Made by a program: the position numbers and the translations under genes. A stretch of 61,395 nucleotides of DNA, counting the filler, from Choristocarpus tenellus KU-1152 (taxonomy: Eukaryota > Protista > Phaeophyceae), in NCBI GenBank assembly GCA_964200185.2. It is 11 parts of 11 records of this genome, joined end to end, with 100 filler letters (N's around TTAATTAATTAA, not from the genome) between each part and the next. Parts side by side here need not be neighbours in the genome. Positions count along the whole stretch, not along the records: positions 52,684 to 57,592 come from CAXNAD020012571.1; positions 57,693 to 61,395 come from CAXNAD020018423.1; 9 more parts are not named here. One strand, given 5' to 3'. Under the pieces are notes generated by a model. The model was not told where the DNA came from, ran no database searches, and saw only the letters and a list, made by a program, of their open reading frames with translations. Every line of letters begins with the position of its first letter. Position 1 is the stretch's first letter. Positions 54,320 through 61,395 of the stretch are shown in pieces.

Positions 54320-56668
54320 GAATAACCTCGGAACAGCCCTCTACCAGCTGGGTCTCTACAGTCTTGCAGAGGCAGAGCACCAGACCGTTCTTGGGCTGCT
54401 CAACGGAGGGGAACCAATGGGAAGTGAGGAACTGAACACTGCCGATAAGCAAGAGGTGTATGTGGAGACAGTTGTGAACCTGCAAAGGTGATACTGCAGT
54501 ACAGATGCAGGGGTGGGGGGAGGGGGAGGGGGGGGGGGGGGGTGGGGGGAAAAGGTTATGGCACAATAAGGGCAGTTGTGAAGGGAGAGGGGGGATAGAG
54601 GGGGAAGGGAAAGAGAGACGATTGAACCATATGCAAGGTGATAAAGTAATGTGATGTTGTATGAAGGTGATATGAAGAAGCAAGGTGGACAAAAAAACAT
54701 ACAAAGTGACAGAAAAATATGCATAAAAAAATATTTGTGTTGTACTACGTAACGATAGGGTGAGGTGTTAGCTGTGAGTAGTGCATTGTTAACTACTGCA
54801 GTCTGAGGAGTAGTTGGGAGGAGGGGTTAGAGGGTCGTTGTCACACTTTGCAAACATCTCACAAAATCAGAATTCAGGGCAGATAGGTAGGCTTGTGTAC
54901 AATCAACACTTAGCATTTGTAAGTCCAGCCTGCAGTACATCTCTTAGCAAGTGGATGTCTCCCCCTATCATATGTGGTAGATTAGATTCAAAAGGGTGGT
55001 GATGGTCAATGCATCTCTGAAATCAAGGAGAGACCAAAAGTTTTTTCAAGGCTGTCCAAAGGTAGCATTCCTCCACCATTGAGAAGAGAGGAGTTTGTGG
55101 CGCGCAATCTCTACACATGCTTCCCAGTGACGACTGACCAATCAGCACTGTTCACAACTCATTTTAACCAATCGGGACCCTCAAGGTCTCAGTGTTTTTT
55201 CACTCCCTCATCCAATCTTGGACACCCTCAACTTTGAAAAAGTGCTAAAAAAATACCAAAGTGAACATATACTTTGACTCCCATTCTATTCCGTGTTTGT
55301 CCATCTCATTTCTCAAACATTTGAACCAGGGTTGTTATACTACCTGGGAGGCCGAACATTCTTGCTCAATGAAGTGGCTGGAACCCTTCCTCACCTCCAG
55401 CACAAATCACACCCAGTTTGGGAACTTTTGCCCGCTGGCGATAACTCCATATTCTCTACCCCACCCCCCCCCCCCCCCCACCACCCTCCCCCTCACTACT
55501 ATTCAAGGGCACGTAAGGCTTCTTGTGACTGGCAAGACTGGGATTATCTCCTGAACCACGTCAAGGATCAGGTGTGCGCTGGACTGGACACGCATGACAA
55601 TAACGCCTACTCCTACCGAGGAAAAGCGGAATGTTTTCCCTAACCCTTGAGAAGTACTGAAAGGAAAATCATTCTAAGATGTTGTCCCAGAAGCTGCAAA
55701 AAAATTCTTTTCAGAGCTGCAACCCCCCCAGCAGCAGGACACCTATTCTGCTTCCTTGCAGAATAAACAACTCGAGCCTGTGACCCCACGCCCCCAACAA
55801 ATATACTTAAGATCACCTCCCTATCCCGGATCTTCCTCCTACCCCTATCCCCAACATCCATACCTACCTCCTCCCTGAACTTCTGAAGAACGAGTACACT
55901 TAAGCTCCTCCCCACCCCTCCCCACACATCTCCCCCTCATCGCCCCCCCGCCCCCTCCCATCCCCTCCCATTCCTCCTCCCTGACTCCACCTGCCCCCCT
56001 ACCACGTTCACTCACTGTCAGGTGGAAAGGCACGAGCTCAGCATCGGTCGTGCTCCTTCCCTCCTGCCCTTTGATACTCTCCTACTCCCTAACCCTGTCA
56101 CCCCTGCTTGGAGGAGGCGCCTCGCAAAAGCGCACTCCTCCCGTTGGGCCAGTACCGTCCAGGTCCCGTGGTTGGGGGCGAGTGAGAATACCACGGGACA
56201 GGCACAAACGCCTTCGGGAAAAGCAGGGGCCAGCGGTCACGTTGATACAGGTCTGGGAATTGCGGAGGAGACCAGGGTGAGATCCAAATCAGGGGGGCCT
56301 GTACAGAGATGGGGAGGAGGGCCCGGAAAAGAGGTCAGGGACAGGAACAACAGTCCTGAGGGGGCTAGGGGGATTCGAGGTGATGCCAAAGCTGGAAGCG
56401 GTGGGCTGGGGAAGTTTGGGATGCTGGAGGTGGGCTTCATGGGTTGTGACTTCGCGGAGCACCCGACGGCGCATATGATCGAGGGGGCTTTCCTGTGGGA
56501 GAGGCGTTTTCTTGAGCGATTTTCGGCGGCGGAAGCAAGGGCTGAGGTAGCAAGTGCGTCCAAGAGAGAGGAGAGTAGTGCAGGATTCGAAGGGAAGGAG
56601 AAAGGGGAGGACAAAGCCTTGGGAGCACTCGCAGTTGCCTCCCTTTCTCCCTCCGGGGGGTGCTGTAG
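54320..56668 (+). CDS. TPR + glycosyltransferase family 41 (OGT/SPINDLY-like) protein, internal exons
   Basis: Exon 54320-54455 TPR NNLGTALYQLGLYSLAEAEHQTVL; 55508-55571 ARKASCDWQDWD; 56022-56668 PSLLPFDTLLL..LEVGFMGCDFAEHPTAHMIEG (cf. OGT LRIGYVSSDFGNHPTSHLM). One phase-bridging exon between the first two was not located. Confidence 0.78.
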
Positions 56669-56907
56669 GTAAGACAAGACAACGGTGCCTCTGTGAACAA
56701 ATTCATCTTGGCTGTCATGAATCGTGTGAAACAAGTGTCTTCGTCCATTTCGTTTTTGTCTTGTCTTCCTCAACCCCCGCTGGCAAAACTCAAGGGGTAT
56801 CACCAGGGGGTACAGCCGGTCCTTGCTTCCACATCAAGCAGTATTACTGTCTCTTGTACCACACCTGTACACCTCCCAAGCAATAGGTTGAAGTGTCTCG
56901 TCTGCCG

Positions 56908-57082
56908 CGAACACCTCAGTCTCTATCCCATGGGGAAAAATACAATTGCGCTATGAATCTACTGATCCTCGCTTGGCACAACACAGGGAGATAAATCCTA
57001 GTGAACAGCTCGGTCTCTATCCCACGGGGAAAATATCATAGTGCTGTAAATTTCCTGATTCTTGCTTGGCACGGCACAGGAA
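56908..57082 (+). repeat. ~95-bp diverged tandem duplication
   Basis: gaaca.ctc.gtctctatccca.ggggaaaa..ctgat.ct.gcttggcac..cacagg occurs twice. Confidence 0.75.
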
Positions 57083-57385
57083 GATGGATGCTCAATAGAC
57101 AGCCCTCATGAAGTAGCAGTAAGAGCTCATTGGCCGACGGACGCGTGAAGTACCATCGGCAGAGATTCTGCCAAGCACTCAAAGACAACCACAGACACCA
57201 AGATCTCAACCCAGCGCTGAATAGTGTTGGTCATCTCCCAACCACCTGGACTATTAGATCCGGTTTGTCCCTTCCTTGGCACCAAAATAACGCTGCACAC
57301 AAAGTTGTTTTTTTTGCTCTGAGGCGTATATATTCTTTCTTGTATTTTTTTCACTCAACTGGAGGTATGTAATATTATTATTTTT

Positions 57386-57565
57386 GGCTCAAAGTATCTG
57401 GGGGGGCGAGGGGGAATCACATCAGGATTTCCATTCGGGCCCTGACTAGGAGAAGTGCGCTTACATTATCCATCCGACACATGCTACCAAATCACCCAAA
57501 AAATCGGGACATGGAAAAATGGGCCCCGAATGGACAGTCACCACCCCGCCTCCCCCCCCCCCCCC
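57386..57565. mobile_element. MITE, short subfamily, right TIR lost
   Basis: ggctcaaagtatctggggg ... ccaaatcacccaaaaaatc ... gaatggacagtc. Confidence 0.75.
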
Positions 57566-57774
57566 CGCTCTTCTACACTACTTTTTTTTTTTNNNNNNNN
57601 NNNNNNNNNNNNNNNNNNNNNNNNNNNNNNNNNNNNTTAATTAATTAANNNNNNNNNNNNNNNNNNNNNNNNNNNNNNNNNNNNNNNNNNNNTTTATCTC
57701 CCCACTATCTATTTTGTTTGGTGCCCCCCCCCCCCCCCCCCCCCCAGATACTTTGGGTCTTTATTTTTTCTTAC

Positions 57775-60700
57775 CAGGGTTGTTCATGGGAGTACGGACA
57801 GACTGGACGAGAGCATGTAGAATCAGATAGAAAGAGATCACAAATCTTGACTCCTTTCTTATCTACCGCCCTGTCCCAACCTTGTAGATGTTCTCCCGTT
57901 GTTCTCCTGTTGGATATTGGTAGTAGCTACCTCAAATTCGGTTCTCAAGGGTGACAAAGTGAGCAATGGGTCTAGGTGTCCAATTCAGAATGCCATTTTC
58001 TGATGGCATTCTGCGCAGGGGCTATATAAAGGAACGATAATATGATGCAATATGCGCTCAAGGTACAATGCAATGAGTATTGACTACCCTGTACCATGAG
58101 GCTCATATTGTTGATTGCTGTAGCACACCTTCCCCAGTAGATGAAAGACAGCTTGACTCTTGCCAAGCAGTTGGGTGTGAGGGGGTAGAGCCTCCACTCT
58201 TGTCGCATTCGGAAATGAAGAGCTGCCATGGTGGAGTTTATGAGAAGAAGAATCTGTTCCATAGATGTGGGGGAGCACCGAAGTATGCTTACCAAAGTTT
58301 TCAAATCTATCAAGGCAGCACCAGCCCGTAAGGAAATCTATCTTTTCTTTTGGGGCGTGTACTGATTTGGCAGCATTTTACTGGAGGACAGCAAGGCCAT
58401 TTCCTTCAGATCATATCCTTCCTTGGCTGAAGTCACTATGATACACATAGTTTGATATCAAATAAAGAATTACAATTTTGCATGACCGATATCACTTGGA
58501 AGTTCCTACTACTAGATGTGTGCCTCCTACTCCTTACTCCCACTTTGGTTGATATGCCTGTAATGTAGCTCTCCACATCACCTGAGCAGCCTTATAGTCA
58601 AGGTGGTCGAGGATGGAAAGGACAGTATCTGTGTGTAGGACCTTGAAGAGCCCACAGTGGCGGTGCTTTGGCCCATTCAGAGTTACCAGCCTTCCCTCTT
58701 TGGTGCCCAGCAAGAGTAATGAGCGGTTCTGACTTGAATGGATAGACACATCCAAGTAGGCACATAGGCTAAGGATTTTGCCATAAGTTGGAGTGATGTG
58801 GGCAGATACAGAAAGTTTTGGTGCATGAAATGTCATAGGGGAAGGGAAGAGAACTCTGCGACTCATTTGAACCACCTGACCTCAGCTTCTTGATCACAGA
58901 TTGGAACTACTCCGTAATCAACACTTTCCCATGCCGGGTCGACATGTCAAACATGTTAGGAAATGGAAGAGACTCACTGTACATCATTATCCCATGACCT
59001 CATAAAGCGTGCCAATACACACTTTCGGAGTACAGACAACATACTTTGTACAATATTGGGTACAAATGGGACTTGAAAGGGCGAGAGATAGGAATAGTGA
59101 AGAATCACTACTCCAGTACCTGCAACCTTCACCTGAGCAAACCGAACTGCAACCGGATCCTTGATACTCAAGTGTTTATTAGTGTTGGACATCCTTCGTT
59201 GTCCTTGTTGGACTCTGCCTGAAGTACCAACCGTGCCATCCTCCATCCCTCCCACTTTTGACACGGGTGTGAGGGTAGCCTCTTGTCTAGGACTTCTGTT
59301 TGCACCTCCATCAGTCCTGAAGGGCATTTCAGGGGAATGACTGGCACCAATGGTGTGTATGACACACCACTTACCACTGAGGCTGGCAAATATTTGCACC
59401 TTTTGAAGTGGTTAGGGGCGATGATATCATAGGTGTTGCAGTCAACAAATTGATGGAAGGATGCAGGCATAGAGACAGGCTGCTTGTTTGTTGGCAATGA
59501 TGGGCCCCCTATAGTTGGACTGGGTACAAAGGGCGGAAATCGGCAACCCTGGGTATCTCAAGCAAGTCAATACATAAGATGAAGATTGATTATGGATGCC
59601 AATAGTACAAGCAATCGCCATAATCCGCAGATAGAAGGGTGGCACTAGATCTATGTGGATGATGAAGGGAAGCAAGGGACTATCCTGGTAAATACTTACC
59701 CTAATACTTCAATTTTGCTGAACCTCCATGCATGCACTACGTAGCCAGTCACTCCAATGGGCCACAGTAGCACGACAGAGCAAATCAAGCGAAAACTGTG
59801 CCTCATAATGCGTATCACTCTTGACATTTGTCCAATCCACCAAAAAAAGTAGCCATCTTATCTGAGATAAAAATGTATTGAAAATCTTTTGAACTTGGTC
59901 CTTCCTTTTCGGTGCAAACATTCTGTGCTCAACTGGGCATATTGCTTGAATGTCTGGGTATTCAACTTCGTGTCATGTTCAATGCAAACCTACCTATCAC
60001 CTCTTCCGCACCTGATCTCGTCCAGGATCTGCCACGACCAGGTCGCCCTCAGGACTAAAGGACACTGACGTAGGGCACCCCAGGCCTTCAATGCTGTGTG
60101 GTATAAACAAAGAGGGGGCGGGTCGAAAGATGCACCTGTGCCTTTACAGACTTTTTTTTTTAACCTACAGAAGGTCATTAGACTAGTACTACGTACAACC
60201 CTACATGAAGCTTTAAATTTAAGGAGGTGCCATGTCTTCTCGACAATCTAGACTTAGGTTTGGAGCGGGAGTATCTGCGTTCATTGCAGCTTCATGCTCC
60301 CTCCTTCTTCAACCCCTCACTACATCAAGTCAACCAGGTGTCCAGATTAGTGGGGATCACAGCGCAGTGTCATCTGGTGGTCTGAAGTAGTACATGCCTG
60401 GATTACTCCAAGGTCCAGTTTAGTATTGGAAGTTGCAGCTGTGGCACTTCAAATGTAGGCAGCTACTTTGTCTTGTGCTCCAAAGTGTCTAGCAAGGGGG
60501 ATCTTTTGTCCAAGATAATGGGCATCCTTGTTTATGATCCATTTCCTCTTTTACCACTCTCTTTACACCTCACTAGAAATCAAAGCACGATATCACACAG
60601 CACAAAGGCCATGCGCGCATTTGAAGGCATATACTATGCCTGGGGACCAAATCAGGAATACCAAACATTAAACATTTCGCATTTTCACACCTGTGCAAAT

Positions 60701-60846
60701 GCACCATTCTGAAATCATAGAAGGGGTACATGCCCGGGGTGTAAAGCAGTAGCTGGACGCGCCTGTTTCCTCGATCAGCCACTGCAATCAATGCCCCATT
60801 CCTCTGCCTGTTACTCACTCCAACCAGCCGTTGTCTGTCTGGACCC
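57775..60846 (-). CDS. NHL-repeat protein with downstream F-box-like segment and CCCH zinc finger; internal exons, both ends missing
   Basis: In-phase exons 60846-60691 (IAVADRGNRRVQ), 60093-60012 (LGCPTSVSFSPEGDLVVADPGRDQ), 59399-59133 (VQIF..IKDPVAVRF), 58728-58582 (FKVLHTDTVLSILDHLDYKAAQ), 58253-58129 (ILLLINSTM..EW), 57906-57775 (ICDLFLSDSTCSRPVCPYSH). Confidence 0.75.
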
Positions 60847-60887
60847 CTAGAATTTTGCAAATGAAGTAGTGTCAGCAATCATCAACT

Positions 60888-61395
60888 GAGTCAAAGTATC
60901 TTAGAGGGTGGAGTCGCGTCCGTTTGGGGGCAAAAATCCAATATTGCGATGTAGATGTAATTTTGGCTATCGTGTTTGTTAGGAAGTGTCAATATCCTTG
61001 TTCCGGACACACCTTTTCACAAGGTTTACATTTATATACTCCAAAATATTTTGGAGTAGGTAAATATAATTAAAACACACATGGGAAGTCAAGTCTGAAA
61101 TGGACAAACAGGGAAAAACTCGTACCCTCCCAGATACTTTGAGCCCTTTTAAGTGTTTTAAGTGAAAGTATCTTAGAGAGTACGAGTTTTTCCCTGTTTG
61201 TCCATTTCGGACTTGACTTCCCATGTGTGTTTTAATTATATTTTCCTACTCCAAAATGTTTTGGAGTATATAAATGTAAACCTTGTGAAAAGGTGTGTCC
61301 GGAACAAGGATATTGACACTTCCTAAAAAACACGATAGCCAAAATTACATCAACATCGCAATATTGGATTTTTGCCCCCAAACGGACGCGACCCC
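60888..61395. mobile_element. Two long-subfamily MITE copies tail-to-tail (60888-61145 and ~61160 to window end)
   Basis: The second copy is the near-exact reverse complement of the first; ~15-bp spacer. Confidence 0.9.

Noticed and set aside
8743-57692. Regularly recurring TTAATTAATTAA motif, and apparent clustering of ubiquitin-like, chaperone and protease genes across the window
   Set aside because: The motif is an artificial linker. Genes on different contigs are not physically adjacent, so no cluster can be inferred.

Overview
Intron-rich eukaryotic DNA, most like a photosynthetic stramenopile, probably a brown alga (inference from GT-AG exon style, a Deg protease with a signal peptide plus lumen-targeting presequence, and the TE types). 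The window is not contiguous: 11 contigs are joined by ten artificial 100-bp linkers (N44-TTAATTAATTAA-N44), so adjacency is meaningful only within a contig. Genes were spliced by hand and many exons are missing from the ORF track. They are: (1) a CHAT (caspase-like) protease fused to a STAND/NB-ARC-type P-loop NTPase, an NLR-like layout, head-to-head with an intronless 410-aa ORF; (2) plastid Deg1-like protease, 5' part; (3) a J-domain plus multi-TM (TMEM185-like) protein; (4) a MORN protein with one repeat per exon; (5) a UFL1 fragment; (6) a TPR plus GT41 (OGT-like) fragment; (7) an NHL-repeat / F-box-like / CCCH-finger protein; and tRNA-Glu(CTC). Mobile DNA comprises a decayed chromodomain Ty3/gypsy, a Ty1/copia fragment, a plant-mariner-like transposase relic and an abundant MITE family (TIR ~GRGTCAAAGTATC, 4-bp TSD in several copies) found at most contig breaks. 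The best novelty candidates are the CHAT-STAND gene with its divergent neighbour and the NHL-F-box-CCCH protein. All family assignments are by motif recognition, not database search.
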